Source of the DNA: Puniceicoccaceae bacterium
Lineage (GTDB): Bacteria; Verrucomicrobiota; Verrucomicrobiia; Opitutales; Oceanipulchritudinaceae
DNA: 64,000 nucleotides
Reading direction: 5' to 3'
Assembly (NCBI GenBank): GCA_040830765.1
Contig: JBFOMH010000013.1
Location: 32,001-96,000, forward strand
Position 1 is the stretch's first letter, and every line of letters starts with the position of its first letter. The notes under the pieces were generated by a model, which had not been told where the DNA came from, did no database searches, and was given only the letters and a program-made list of their open reading frames with translations. Made by a program: the position numbers and the translations under genes. Below are positions 17,249 through 27,780 of this stretch, in pieces.

Positions 17249-18239
17249 CGAGCACCTCCTCCAGTGGTGGTAGAATAACATCCGATTCCCGTACCCAATG
17301 GGTATCGGAAACCTGCCTTAGCGGCGGTGGGGTGTTGTCCCACTTGCCGCCACTGGTGATGCCTTCCCGCAGGGCAAAGGCATCGCCGGGAATCGGCCGC
17401 GAAAGATCCGGCGGGAGGCCTGGGATGGTGTAAAGCGGCTTCCCTTTACTCCCAAGTGACGGAATGCTCCGCTGCAGGGCAACGGTGTAGGGATGCTGGG
17501 CGTTCTTGAAAATGTCGTCCGCGGTCCCGCTTTCGACAATCTTGCCGGCGTACATGACGTTGATCCGGTCGCACATGCCCGCGACAACCCCGAGGTCGTG
17601 GGTGATGAGGATGACCGCACTGTTGTTGGCCCTCTGGCGCTCGCGGATCAGCTCCAGGATCTGGGCCTGCACGGTCACGTCGAGTGCCGTTGTTGGCTCG
17701 TCGGCAATGAGCAGTTCCGGGTGGGTAATCATCGACATGGCGATCATCACCCGCTGGCGCATGCCACCGGAAAACTCGTGCGGATAAAACTGGATACGGG
17801 TCGAGGCCTCCGTGATGCCGACTTCCTCCAATGACTTGATGGCCCGGGCGAGGGCTTCCTTCTTGCTCAGCTTTTCATGGATGCGGAGGGCCTCGATCAA
17901 CTGCGTGGAAACCCGCAGGTACGGATTCAGGGAGGTCATCGGATCCTGGAAAATCATCGAGATCTTCTTGCCCCGGATGCCCTGCAGGGTCTTCTCGCTG
18001 GCGGAAAGCAGGTCGACCTTGCCGTCAAGGATAGCTTGGCCGCCCTCAATGCGACCGGGTGGCTGGGGAATCAGTCCCAGCAGGGAATAGCAACTGACCG
18101 ACTTGCCGGATCCCGACTCGCCGACAATCCCTAGCGTCTCGCCCCGGGAAACGGAGAAGGACACCCCATCCACTGCCCGGACAACGCCGTTGCGGGTATG
18201 GAAGTAGGTCTTCAGGTCCTTGACTTCAAGAATGGGCAT
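17241..18239 (-). CDS. oppD: Oligopeptide ABC transporter ATP-binding protein
   Basis: GESGSGKS, FQDPMTSLNP, YPHEFSGGMRQR, DEPTTALDVTVQAQ. Confidence 0.93.
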   Translation of the reverse strand: MPILEVKDLKTYFHTRNGVVRAVDGVSFSVSRGETLGIVGESGSGKSVSCYSLLGLIPQPPGRIEGGQAILDGKVDLLSASEKTLQGIRGKKISMIFQDPMTSLNPYLRVSTQLIEALRIHEKLSKKEALARAIKSLEEVGITEASTRIQFYPHEFSGGMRQRVMIAMSMITHPELLIADEPTTALDVTVQAQILELIRERQRANNSAVILITHDLGVVAGMCDRINVMYAGKIVESGTADDIFKNAQHPYTVALQRSIPSLGSKGKPLYTIPGLPPDLSRPIPGDAFALREGITSGGKWDNTPPPLRQVSDTHWVRESDVILPPLEEVLDG

Positions 18240-18242
18240 CGA

Positions 18243-19166
18243 TCAATCCTTGCTGGACTTCGGGTCGAGGGCGTCGCGCAGGCCGTCGCCGAGAAAGTTG
18301 AGGGAGAAGAGGGTCACGGAGAAAAACAGGGCCGGGATAATCAGCAGGTAGGGGAAGAGCTGGATGTTGTCCGCCCCGAGCTTGATGAGGCTTCCCCATG
18401 AGGGCATCGGCGGTTGCACCCCGAGACCAAGGAAGCTGAGGAAGCTTTCCAGCAGCATGACAGCCGGCACCGTCAGGGTCGCATAGACCACGACCACCCC
18501 GAGGACATTCGGGATGATGTGCCGCAGAATGATGCGGCGCGTGGAGTATCCCAGCGAGACCGCGGCCTCGACAAATTCCTGCTTCTTCAGGCTAAGCACC
18601 TGGCCGCGGACAATACGGGCCATGGTCAGCCATTCCACTGCCCCGATGACGATAAACAGGAGCACAATACTTCGCTCGAAAATCGTCATTAGGAGAATGA
18701 CAAAGATCGTGAACGGCAGGGCGTAGAGAACATCGACCACGCGCATCATGGCCGCATCAACTTTCCCCCCGATATAGGCCGCCGTGGCCCCGTAGGTAAT
18801 CCCGATGAGGAGCGAGACGGTGGTGGCGATGATCCCCACCCCGAGGGAAACGCGCCCCCCGACCATGACCCGGGTCAACTGGTCGCGGCCAAGGTCATCG
18901 GTCCCGAAGGGATGCTGCAGGCTCGGGGAAAGAAGCGTCTTTTCCAAGTCGTTGCTGCGATAGTCATGGGGGGAAAGAAACGGTCCGATGAAACAGAAGA
19001 CGCCCATGAAGATGAGGACCCAGAAGGAAATCAAGGCGAGGTGGTTCTTCTTCAGGCGGTGCCAGGCATCCTGCCACAGGGAGGTCCCGGCCTCGATGGC
19101 ATCAAGGTCGACCGTTGCCTCCGGGAGGCGCTTTTCGGATGGACTGAGGTTGGCTTTCACGGACAT
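18243..19166 (-). CDS. oppC: Oligopeptide ABC transporter permease
   Basis: [33 protein letters not shown]. Confidence 0.93.
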   Translation of the reverse strand: MSVKANLSPSEKRLPEATVDLDAIEAGTSLWQDAWHRLKKNHLALISFWVLIFMGVFCFIGPFLSPHDYRSNDLEKTLLSPSLQHPFGTDDLGRDQLTRVMVGGRVSLGVGIIATTVSLLIGITYGATAAYIGGKVDAAMMRVVDVLYALPFTIFVILLMTIFERSIVLLFIVIGAVEWLTMARIVRGQVLSLKKQEFVEAAVSLGYSTRRIILRHIIPNVLGVVVVYATLTVPAVMLLESFLSFLGLGVQPPMPSWGSLIKLGADNIQLFPYLLIIPALFFSVTLFSLNFLGDGLRDALDPKSSKD

Positions 19167-20086
19167 CAGGAATCTTCGAAGCGCAGGCGCGGGTTAAGGA
19201 TGACCTGCACGATATCAACGAGCAGGTTGGCAGCGGTGATAAGGACGGCGTAGAGGATGACCGTCCCCAGCACGAGGGTGTAGTCACGGTCAAAGGCGGA
19301 GCTGACAAACTCGCGCCCCATGCCGGGAATCTGGAAAATAGTCTCGACGACGAAACTGCCGGAAATGATTCCCGCCAGCGCAGGCCCGAGGAAGGAAATG
19401 ACCGGTAGCAATCCACCCTTCAGAGTGTGCAGGACAATGATGCGGATAAAGGGGACCCCCTTGGCCTTGGCCGTACGGATAAAGTCCTGGGAAAGGATTT
19501 CCAGCATGCCGCCGCGGGTAATCCGGGCAATGAAGGCCGCATAGACCAGCCCGATGGTCAGGGCAGGCAGGACACGGTCCGCCGGGATAAACCAGCCGGA
19601 GACATTAAACCACCCGAGCCAGACCCCGAAGACCAGGGCCAGGATCGGGCCAAGGACAAAGGTGGGCAGGCATATCCCGATCATGGCCATCGCCATGGGA
19701 AAGTAGTCGGCAAAAGAATTGCGGAAGACCGCTGCCGTTATTCCCACCGGCAGGCCGATGCACAACGCGATCAGCAGTGCCCAACCACCCAGCTCAAGAC
19801 TGACCGGGAAACTGGCTTTCAGGATCTGGTTAACCGAGCGGGTTTCGGTGAAGGAGGGCCCAAGGTCCCCTTTCAGCAGCTGGCCGAGGTAATTCCCATA
19901 CTGCACCATCAAGGGCTGATCGAGGCCGTAGTGCTCCATCAAGCGCTGCTTGATATGCTCCGGCATCTTGCGCTCCGCACTGAACGGATCGCCCGGTGCA
20001 AAGCGAACCATGAAAAAAGTGACTGTAATAATGACGAAGATGACCAGTACCGACTGGGCGATTCGTCTGAGGATGAACTTTAACAT
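19166..20086 (-). CDS. oppB: Oligopeptide ABC transporter permease
   Basis: APGDPF, GDLGPSF, DFIRTAKAKG, VETIFQIPGMG, LNPRLR. Confidence 0.93.
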   Translation of the reverse strand: MLKFILRRIAQSVLVIFVIITVTFFMVRFAPGDPFSAERKMPEHIKQRLMEHYGLDQPLMVQYGNYLGQLLKGDLGPSFTETRSVNQILKASFPVSLELGGWALLIALCIGLPVGITAAVFRNSFADYFPMAMAMIGICLPTFVLGPILALVFGVWLGWFNVSGWFIPADRVLPALTIGLVYAAFIARITRGGMLEILSQDFIRTAKAKGVPFIRIIVLHTLKGGLLPVISFLGPALAGIISGSFVVETIFQIPGMGREFVSSAFDRDYTLVLGTVILYAVLITAANLLVDIVQVILNPRLRFEDS

Positions 20087-20143
20087 GGATTCCGAATTCC
20101 TTGGCCGCGGATGCAGACTCTGCGGGAGTGGTTTCCCGGCCGC

Positions 20144-21781
20144 TTATTCGCTCAAATAAATGTATTTGTAGGGACGGTTGTCCAGTAGTTTCGGGTTCCA
20201 GTTCTTCACCCGGGGATCCTTGAGGTAGATGCGGGTATACCAGTAGAGTGGCGCGATGGGCAGCTCATCCAGAAGGATCTGCTCAGCCTCAAGGAGGTAA
20301 CCGAAGTGCTCCTCCTCGGTCCCGGACCGGAAGGCGGCTGCGATCAGCTCGTCGTACCGTTCATTGGACCACCCGGTGTCATTGTTACCATTACCGGTGG
20401 TGAACATTTCGAGGAAAGTAATCGGGTCCATGTAATCCCCGATCCAGCCGGAGCGGCAGATGTCGTAATCAAGGTGGGACTGGGCATCGAGGAAGACCTT
20501 CCATTCCTTGTTCTCCAGCTGCATGTTGATGCCGAGGTTCTTGTTCCACATGGCAACAATGGCCTCGGCAATCTTGCGGTGGCCCTCCGAGGTGTTGAAA
20601 AGCATGTAGAGCTCGGGGAATCCTTCCCCGTTGGGATAACCGGCCTCGGCCAGAAGCTGGCGGGCCCTTTCGGGATCGTAGCCAAGCGTGTCCGGTGAGG
20701 GGTAACCATTAAATCCAGCCGGGACAAAGGCATGCGCCGGCTTCTGGTCCCCAAGGGCAACCTTTTCCACAATGGCCGTACGGTCGATGGCCAGGTTGAA
20801 GGCCTGGCGGACCAGTGGATTATCCAGCGGTGGCCGGGTAACATTGAACCGGTAGAAGTATGTCCCGAGGTAATCATCAATATGGATGAGGTCCGGCTCC
20901 GTTTCCTTGAGCACCGGCACATCGTTGGTTGGGACCGTGCTGGTGAGGTGCATGAGACCGGAATCAAACATCCGGTTCTCGGTATTGTCATCCTCCACCG
21001 GGTAAAAATAGATCGCGTTAAGTCGCATGGTCTCGCGGTCCCAGTAGGTCGGGCTCTTGGATACCCGGATGAACTGGTTCGGCCGCCATTCATCGAGGAT
21101 GAAGGGCCCGTTGCCGACGAAGTTCTCCGGCAGGGTCCACTCCCCGCTCATGTCGAACATTCCCCCATGGGCCTCGATGGTCGGGCCATGGACCGGAAAC
21201 CAGCTGTAATGCTTCAACATGTTGAGGAAGTACGGAGTCGGGCCGATGAGGTCCATCTGCAGCGTCTTCTCATCCAGCGCAGTCACGCCGACGTCCGCGA
21301 AATCACTCACTTCTCCACGATGGTACTCCTCCCCGTTTTTCAGCATAAAGAGCATCTGCAGATACTCACCGGGGGAATCCGGATGGAGCATGCGATTGTA
21401 GGAATAGACAAAATCCTGCGCAGTGACCGGATCACCATTGCTCCAATAGGCATCCTCACGGATACGGAAGGTCCATGAGGAGGCATCCTCGTTGGATTCC
21501 CAGCTTTCCGCCATGCCCGGCTCCGGCAGGTTGTCATCCAGCGGATGGTAGGTGATAAGCCCCTCGATGAGGGCGGAGATAATGTGGTTCTCGGTCACCC
21601 CGGTGGCCCGTTGCGGGTCCAGGGTCTTCGGCTCGGCCCCGTTGCCGTAAAGCAGGATACCCTGCTCGACCGCCTCATCGGCATTGGGGACGCCTTCCCC
21701 GCAGCCGGAAAGAAAGAGCCCGGCCCCCGCCAGCAGGAAGAGCATGGAGGCCTTGGAAATACAGGAAACTAGCGAATTCAT
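20144..21781 (-). CDS. oppA: Oligopeptide ABC substrate-binding lipoprotein
   Basis: Lipobox LSGC, EPKTLDP, WSNGDPVTAQDFVYS, GNGPF, RSGWIGDY. Confidence 0.93.
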   Translation of the reverse strand: MNSLVSCISKASMLFLLAGAGLFLSGCGEGVPNADEAVEQGILLYGNGAEPKTLDPQRATGVTENHIISALIEGLITYHPLDDNLPEPGMAESWESNEDASSWTFRIREDAYWSNGDPVTAQDFVYSYNRMLHPDSPGEYLQMLFMLKNGEEYHRGEVSDFADVGVTALDEKTLQMDLIGPTPYFLNMLKHYSWFPVHGPTIEAHGGMFDMSGEWTLPENFVGNGPFILDEWRPNQFIRVSKSPTYWDRETMRLNAIYFYPVEDDNTENRMFDSGLMHLTSTVPTNDVPVLKETEPDLIHIDDYLGTYFYRFNVTRPPLDNPLVRQAFNLAIDRTAIVEKVALGDQKPAHAFVPAGFNGYPSPDTLGYDPERARQLLAEAGYPNGEGFPELYMLFNTSEGHRKIAEAIVAMWNKNLGINMQLENKEWKVFLDAQSHLDYDICRSGWIGDYMDPITFLEMFTTGNGNNDTGWSNERYDELIAAAFRSGTEEEHFGYLLEAEQILLDELPIAPLYWYTRIYLKDPRVKNWNPKLLDNRPYKYIYLSE

Positions 21782-21870
21782 GCCATGCACGGTCACGAAT
21801 TTGCGGGAAATTGCAATTCCGATTGAATTTCTCCGGCGATCGAGGACACTGCAGCTCAAATCTTATAGAA

Positions 21871-22704
21871 ATGCCGCTGTCCACCACTCACAAACGTTTC
21901 GACTGCCACATGCACACACCCCTCTGCGGGCACGCTTCCGGCGATCCAGAGGAGTATGTCGACGCAGCCGCCATCCGTGACATCCGCCTCATCACCTTCA
22001 CCTGTCACATCCCGATGGCTGATGCCGCCTTTGCCCAGGAAGGGATCCGCATGACGCCGAATGAAATCAGTGAGTACCGCCGGATCATTAACCGGGCCCG
22101 CAAATACGGGGAATCGATAGGAGTGGAAGTTCTCTATGGCATTGAGGCGGAAATCCACCCGGATGAGGCTGCGATGCGGGAGATGGACAAGGTCCTGGCC
22201 GCCGAGCCATTCGACTTCGTGCTCGGTTCCCTTCACCACATGCTCCCGGCTTTCCGGGATTGGCTGGCGGAAAACCAGTATGAGACCGATGCGGAGAAAA
22301 TCGCCGCTTATTTCCATTGTCTCGGCGAAGGCGCCCGCAGCGGGCGCTACCACAGCCTTTCGCATCCGGATGTGATCCGTATCTATGGTTCATTGGCCAG
22401 GCCCTTCGAACCGGAAAAACACGAAGCCGTCATCAGCAGCTTCCTCGACATTGTCGCGGATGCTGGCATCTGCCTGGAGATCAATACCAGCGGCCTGATC
22501 AAGGGCGATTATGTCGTCCATCCCGATCCCTGCATCATGCAGTGGGCACTGGAGCGCGATATTCCCTTCACCATCGGATCCGATTCCCATGCTCCCCGGA
22601 TGGTGGGACAGTTCTTCGAGGAGGTCATTGCCGACTTCAAGCCGATGGGCCTGCGTCAGCTCCACTACTTCCGGCAGGGCCAGCGCATTGCCGTACCCCT
22701 GTAA
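21871..22704 (+). CDS. PHP-family histidinol-phosphatase-like protein
   Basis: DCHMHTPLCGHA, GIEAE, DFVLGSLH, HPD, LEINTSG, GSDSH. Confidence 0.85.
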   Translation: MPLSTTHKRFDCHMHTPLCGHASGDPEEYVDAAAIRDIRLITFTCHIPMADAAFAQEGIRMTPNEISEYRRIINRARKYGESIGVEVLYGIEAEIHPDEAAMREMDKVLAAEPFDFVLGSLHHMLPAFRDWLAENQYETDAEKIAAYFHCLGEGARSGRYHSLSHPDVIRIYGSLARPFEPEKHEAVISSFLDIVADAGICLEINTSGLIKGDYVVHPDPCIMQWALERDIPFTIGSDSHAPRMVGQFFEEVIADFKPMGLRQLHYFRQGQRIAVPL

Positions 22705-22748
22705 CCCATCCCTCGTCCTTCGTCCTTCGTCCTTGGTCCAACCAAGGT
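22705..22748. repeat. Heptamer tandem repeat (TTCGTCC-like) plus small hairpin
   Basis: CCCATCC CTCGTCC TTCGTCC TTCGTCC TTGGTCC, overlapping CCTTGGT/ACCAAGG. Confidence 0.75.
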
Positions 22749-22794
22749 TTCTTCTCGCCTTGGGGCGTGACACCGCCCAAAGTCTGGGCCCAAC

Positions 22795-24531
22795 ATGGCA
22801 AAGGCAGCGAAAGAATCATGGAATTCGCGTATCGGGGTCATTTTGGCTGTCTCCGGAAGCGCGGTGGGATTGGGTAATTTCCTCCGGTTTCCGGGACAAG
22901 TGGCCGAATACGGTGGCGGCGCCTTCATGGTGGCCTATTTCATCTCCTTTCTGCTAATTGGGCTGCCCATCTGTTGGGCGGAATGGACTATGGGGCGCTA
23001 TGGCGGGGAGAGGGGCTTCCATACCGCGGTCGGGATCTTCAACGCCATTACCAAGCATCCGGCTGGCAAGTACCTCGGCATCATCGGCATCAATATTCCC
23101 GTGATCATCTACATGTACTATGTCCTCATTGAGGCATGGTGCCTGGGTTACGCGGTCAATTTCATGGCCGGCCGGATGAACTTTGAAAACGCCGGCGAGG
23201 TAGGTACGTTCTTTGCCGCCTTTACCGGGGCCGCCGCTGACGGGAGCGGCCTGGGATTCAGCGGTATCTCCCAGGTTGGCATCTTCCTGCTCATCTGCTT
23301 TGCCTTGAATTTCTACCTCATCTACCGGGGGCTGTCCAAAGGCATCGAGCTCTTCTGTAAATACGCCATGCCCGCCCTGGTGGTCCTTGCCGTCATTATC
23401 CTCATCCGCGTCCTGACCCTCGGTACACCCGACCCAAGTACTCCGGAGAAGTCCATCAACGCCGGACTTGGCTTCATGTGGAATCCGAACAAGGTGATGC
23501 TGGTGGAAACGGTCACCCAGGCTGACGGAAGCGTCTCGACCACGGAAAAGCCGGTCTTTGGAAAGGCCTTCATCGCGGAGGCCGAAGCAGCGGCCGCGGC
23601 ATCGGAGTCCCTGGCCATCCGCCGCATCGGCATTGGCCAGCAATTGAAGAATCCGCAACTCTGGCTGGCCGCTGCCGGGCAGATCTTCTTTTCCCTCTCC
23701 GTTGGCTTTGGCATCATCATGACCTATGCCAGCTACCTGAAAAAGTCCGATGATGTGGTCCTCAGCGGCCTTGCCGCCACCAGTGCCAATGAATTCTGCG
23801 AAGTCGCGCTGGGTGGCCTGATCACCATTCCAGCGGCAGTGGCCTTCCTTGGGACCGCCGGGGCCGTGGGCAGCACCTTCGCCCTTGGGTTCAATGTGCT
23901 TCCCATGGTCTTTAGCTCCATGCCGGCAGGAAGCTTCTTCGGCTTCCTCTTCTTCTTCTTGCTTTTCCTCGCGGCAGTTACCAGTTCCCTCTCCATGCTG
24001 CAGCCTGGCATCGCCTTCCTGGAAAACGCCCTCAGCATCAACCGGAAACAATCAGTGGCCATTCTCGGCTTCATGACCGGCATCGGCACCCTTATGGTGG
24101 TCTACTTCTCCAAGGACTTGAAGGCACTGGACACGCTCGACTTCTGGTGCGGCACCTTCCTCATTTTCATCCTCGCGACGACCCAGATCATCGTCTTTGC
24201 CTGGGTCATGGGCATTCCCAAAGGATTTCAGGAAGCGCACAAGGGGGCCAACATGCACATTCCGAGGATATTCGGCCCCATCATGAAGTATGTGACCCCT
24301 GTCTTCCTGCTGGGCATTTTCTTCTTCTGGATTTCCGAGAACATCTTTGGCTACAACCTGATCACGGGCCAGGCCCAGCCCTCCGGGTACGTCCAGGATC
24401 TGTTCGGGGAGAATCCCAACCAGGTCGCCTGGCTTTCCATGGTTATCATTCTCTTGCTCATTGGGTTTACTTTCCTAATCGTCAACTCCAGCGCACATTT
24501 CCGGAAAACCTCGCATACCAACATTAAATAA
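22795..24531 (+). CDS. Sodium-dependent transporter (NSS/SNF family)
   Basis: WNSRIG, GSAVGLGNFLRFP, GGGAF, QIFFSLSVGFG, AAVTSSLS. Confidence 0.95.
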   Translation: MAKAAKESWNSRIGVILAVSGSAVGLGNFLRFPGQVAEYGGGAFMVAYFISFLLIGLPICWAEWTMGRYGGERGFHTAVGIFNAITKHPAGKYLGIIGINIPVIIYMYYVLIEAWCLGYAVNFMAGRMNFENAGEVGTFFAAFTGAAADGSGLGFSGISQVGIFLLICFALNFYLIYRGLSKGIELFCKYAMPALVVLAVIILIRVLTLGTPDPSTPEKSINAGLGFMWNPNKVMLVETVTQADGSVSTTEKPVFGKAFIAEAEAAAAASESLAIRRIGIGQQLKNPQLWLAAAGQIFFSLSVGFGIIMTYASYLKKSDDVVLSGLAATSANEFCEVALGGLITIPAAVAFLGTAGAVGSTFALGFNVLPMVFSSMPAGSFFGFLFFFLLFLAAVTSSLSMLQPGIAFLENALSINRKQSVAILGFMTGIGTLMVVYFSKDLKALDTLDFWCGTFLIFILATTQIIVFAWVMGIPKGFQEAHKGANMHIPRIFGPIMKYVTPVFLLGIFFFWISENIFGYNLITGQAQPSGYVQDLFGENPNQVAWLSMVIILLLIGFTFLIVNSSAHFRKTSHTNIK

Positions 24532-24548
24532 TCCCAGGAGAATTGAAT

Positions 24549-24713
24549 ATGAACAGTGGCGGATGGTTTATCATGTTTTTATCGGTGGGCACGGTCAGCC
24601 TGCTGTTTGTCTATTGCATTTACCGGGTTCTCACCACGCCCGGAGAGACCGAAAAGCTCCACGGGTTTGAAATGGAGACCCCTGACGAGAAGGAACTGCG
24701 CGAGGACAGCTGA
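24549..24713 (+). CDS. 54-aa single-TM protein, candidate NSS transporter small subunit
   Basis: Not in the ORF track. AGGAG RBS, then MNSGGWFIMFLSVGTVSLLFVYCIYRVLTTPGETEKLHGFEMETPDEKELREDS*; 17 bp after the NSS stop. Confidence 0.8.
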   Translation: MNSGGWFIMFLSVGTVSLLFVYCIYRVLTTPGETEKLHGFEMETPDEKELREDS

Positions 24714-24781
24714 GGTGGCTGGCAGCCGATTTAGGGTTGCCTCCGATTGCCCCATTGGCCACGAATTTAGTTTTCGCAACA

Positions 24782-26278
24782 ATGGAAGCAAATACCGACT
24801 ACACCAAACTCCTTGAACAACTAAAGCGCCTCAACCGCCTGGGCTCGATCGGCGGTATCGTGGGATGGGACGAACAGGTGAACATGCCGCCCGAGAGCGC
24901 CCCCCTGCGGGCGGAGCAGCGCGCGGTCTTTACCGAAATCTATCACCGCGAAGCCTCCAGCTCAACCATCGGAGGGCTGATTGAACAAATCGAGGCCGTC
25001 CGGGACCAGCTGACCCCGGAGCAGGCAGCCGTCATCCGCGACGCCCGCAAGGACTACGACCGCCTGACAAAAATCCCGGCGGAATTCGCCGCCCGCAAGG
25101 CCAAGACAGAGAGCCTCGCCTTCCAGGCATGGATCAAGGCCCGGGAAGCGGATGACTATTCAGCCTTCCAGCCCCATCTGGAGGAGCAATTGCAACTGGC
25201 CAAGGAGGAAACCACCTACCTCGGGGTTGAGAATGCCTACGATTACTGGGTCGACCAGTTCGATCCGGGCATGAACTGCGCCACCATTGAGCGTCTCTTC
25301 AACGAGTTGCAGCCGGAACTGAAGGCCATCGTCGATACTATCCTGGCCTCTCCCAATCAACCGGACACGTCCATTTTCAAGGGATTCCCGGTGGACAAGC
25401 AGGAGATCTTCCTTCGCGAAGTGGTCACTGCGATGGGCTTTAATTTCAATAAGGGAAGGCTAGACACTGCTGTCCATCCATTCTGCGGCGGCCACCCGCA
25501 GGATACCCGGATGACAACCCGCTACAACGCGGACAATCCACTGGACTCCCTTTCCAGTTCCATGCACGAGACCGGGCATGCCCTTTACGAGCAGGGGCTG
25601 CGGGACGAGTACGCCGGGACTGCCCTTGGCGACTCCGTCGGCATGGCCGTCCACGAATCGCAATCGCGCATCTGGGAAAACCAGGTTGGTCGCAGCCGCG
25701 CCTTCTGGCAGCGCTGGGAGCCACGGTACCGGGAATTGTTCGGCGAGCAATTGAAGTCGGTCTCCTCGGAGGACCTCTACCGTGCGGTCAACAAGGTCGG
25801 CCTGACCCCCATTCGGGTCGACGCGGATGAAGTCACCTACAACCTCCATGTGATGATCCGGTTTGAACTCGAGAAACGCCTCTTTTCCGGAGAACTACTG
25901 ACAAAGGACCTTCCGGAGGCATGGAATGAGGCATCAACCCGCATCCTCGGCTATACCCCGAAGAACAACGCCGAAGGGTGTCTTCAGGATGTCCATTGGT
26001 CGGGCGGCATGTTCGGGTATTTCCCGTCCTACTGTCTCGGCAACATCGTGGCCGGACAACTGTGGTACACCATCCTCGATGCCATACCCGACCTCAAGGA
26101 GCAGTTTGCCGCCGGCAACTACCAGCCACTTCTCGGCTGGCTGCGGGAGAACGTCCACTCCAAGGGTCGGCGTCATTATACGCTCGAGTTCACCCGCGAA
26201 GTCACCGGGGAGGAACTATCTCCGCGTTTCCTTGTCAGATACCTCAAGGAACGCTACCTGCCTCTTTACGAAAACTAG
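24782..26278 (+). CDS. Carboxypeptidase, M32 (Taq-like) family
   Basis: HPFC, RMTTRY, HETGHALYEQ, HESQSR, IRVDADE, QDVHW, GYFPSY. Confidence 0.95.
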   Translation: MEANTDYTKLLEQLKRLNRLGSIGGIVGWDEQVNMPPESAPLRAEQRAVFTEIYHREASSSTIGGLIEQIEAVRDQLTPEQAAVIRDARKDYDRLTKIPAEFAARKAKTESLAFQAWIKAREADDYSAFQPHLEEQLQLAKEETTYLGVENAYDYWVDQFDPGMNCATIERLFNELQPELKAIVDTILASPNQPDTSIFKGFPVDKQEIFLREVVTAMGFNFNKGRLDTAVHPFCGGHPQDTRMTTRYNADNPLDSLSSSMHETGHALYEQGLRDEYAGTALGDSVGMAVHESQSRIWENQVGRSRAFWQRWEPRYRELFGEQLKSVSSEDLYRAVNKVGLTPIRVDADEVTYNLHVMIRFELEKRLFSGELLTKDLPEAWNEASTRILGYTPKNNAEGCLQDVHWSGGMFGYFPSYCLGNIVAGQLWYTILDAIPDLKEQFAAGNYQPLLGWLRENVHSKGRRHYTLEFTREVTGEELSPRFLVRYLKERYLPLYEN

Positions 26279-26302
26279 AAAGGCAGCGTTTTCGCCTGCT
26301 CA

Positions 26303-27694
26303 ATGAACAAAGTCGCTCTCAGTCTAATCTTGATATTGGCCGGTATTCTGCCCCTGCAGGGGGACATCCTGGTCAATACCCGTCTCAGCCCGGAAGCAAG
26401 TGTCACAAAGTCCCAGGCGCTGGAGCTGGACTTGCGGGATTTTTTCCAAGTTTACCCGGAGCCGGGTCCGGTGGCTACCTTCAATTTCCGTATGCCGGTC
26501 CAGGCCGGGCCGCGACAGCTGTCCCTTAATGACGGAGGCCAGACTTACCAAATCATGACCTACGAGCTGGAGTCAGGCGGAACCTATGACAACTTCTATG
26601 ATGTCCGGGCCACTGACTTCAAATGGGAAAGCCATTCCCTGCAATGGCAACTGCTGGCCGATGTTGCCCCTGTCACGGTCGCCAATTTCATGACCTATGC
26701 TGATTCCGGAGCCTATACGAACACAGTAATTCACCGGAGCGAGATCGACGTCCTCCAAGGCGGTGGCTGGGTTCATGACTGGGATGGCAGTTTCCCACTC
26801 GGATGGATCGAGACCAACCCACCAATTCCACTCGAGCGGACCCTGGCTAACCCAGCGGGCTCCCTCGCGATGGCCCGGCGGGCGGAGGAGAACTCCGCGA
26901 CTTCCCAGTTTTATATCAATGTGGCCGATAACAGTTCCGGCTTCGGGGACAATTACGCTGTTTTCGGGCAACTGCTTTCCCCGGCCAACGCACTGCCGGT
27001 CCTTGAGGATATGAGCAATGTCACTGTCTGGAATTACGGGGGTGCCTTTTCCGCCCTGCCCATCTATGCCGGATATCTCGAGGATGTGGATAGCTGGATG
27101 CACTTTGATTCCATAGTCGTCTCAGAGGGCAATCCGGATGGTGTCAATTACAGCTGGGAATGGATGGATACGGATGGCGATGACATCCTGACGGATGCAG
27201 AACTCAACAACCGCTCAGTATTTTCAATCTCGCTGGAGAACGGCATCCTGAAGATTGACCGCAATGATTCGGGCGACGGCCGCATCCGTATCACGGGTTC
27301 CGCCATTGGGCAGTCCAAGAGTATCGAAGTCTACCTGCTGGGCATGAATCCCGATGCCCTGTTCACCTTTCCGGAATCCAGCATCCACCGGGGAGGCTTC
27401 ATCAGCAACGACTGGTACGGGTGGATCGCCGCCGAAGACTATCCGTATATCCAGCATCTCAATCACGGGTACCAGTATGTCTGGTTCTATTATGGGGATG
27501 ATCCCAGCCAGGATGCCTGGTATTTCTATGACTTCACCATGGAGAGCTGGCTCTACACAAGACCCTCCTTCTATCCATACCTGTTTGCCTATGGCCGCGA
27601 CGCCTGGCTCTGGTACGTAATCGATACAGGGAACGGAGTGAGTGAGAAACGCTGGTTCTACGATTTCAAACTGGGCGATTGGATACAGGAATAA
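26303..27694 (+). CDS. Secreted cyclophilin-type peptidylprolyl isomerase with aromatic-rich C-terminal domain
   Basis: Signal peptide; APVTVANF, YTNTVIHRS, LQGGG, GSLAMAR, SATSQFYINVADN, YAVFG. Confidence 0.85.
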   Translation: MNKVALSLILILAGILPLQGDILVNTRLSPEASVTKSQALELDLRDFFQVYPEPGPVATFNFRMPVQAGPRQLSLNDGGQTYQIMTYELESGGTYDNFYDVRATDFKWESHSLQWQLLADVAPVTVANFMTYADSGAYTNTVIHRSEIDVLQGGGWVHDWDGSFPLGWIETNPPIPLERTLANPAGSLAMARRAEENSATSQFYINVADNSSGFGDNYAVFGQLLSPANALPVLEDMSNVTVWNYGGAFSALPIYAGYLEDVDSWMHFDSIVVSEGNPDGVNYSWEWMDTDGDDILTDAELNNRSVFSISLENGILKIDRNDSGDGRIRITGSAIGQSKSIEVYLLGMNPDALFTFPESSIHRGGFISNDWYGWIAAEDYPYIQHLNHGYQYVWFYYGDDPSQDAWYFYDFTMESWLYTRPSFYPYLFAYGRDAWLWYVIDTGNGVSEKRWFYDFKLGDWIQE

Positions 27695-27780
27695 TCGTCA
27701 AGATGCCCGCCCCCGCCTCGGTTTCCGCCATTTGTCCCTTTACACCATCTGTTAAAAATTCAATAAGTCTGCCAATCACC

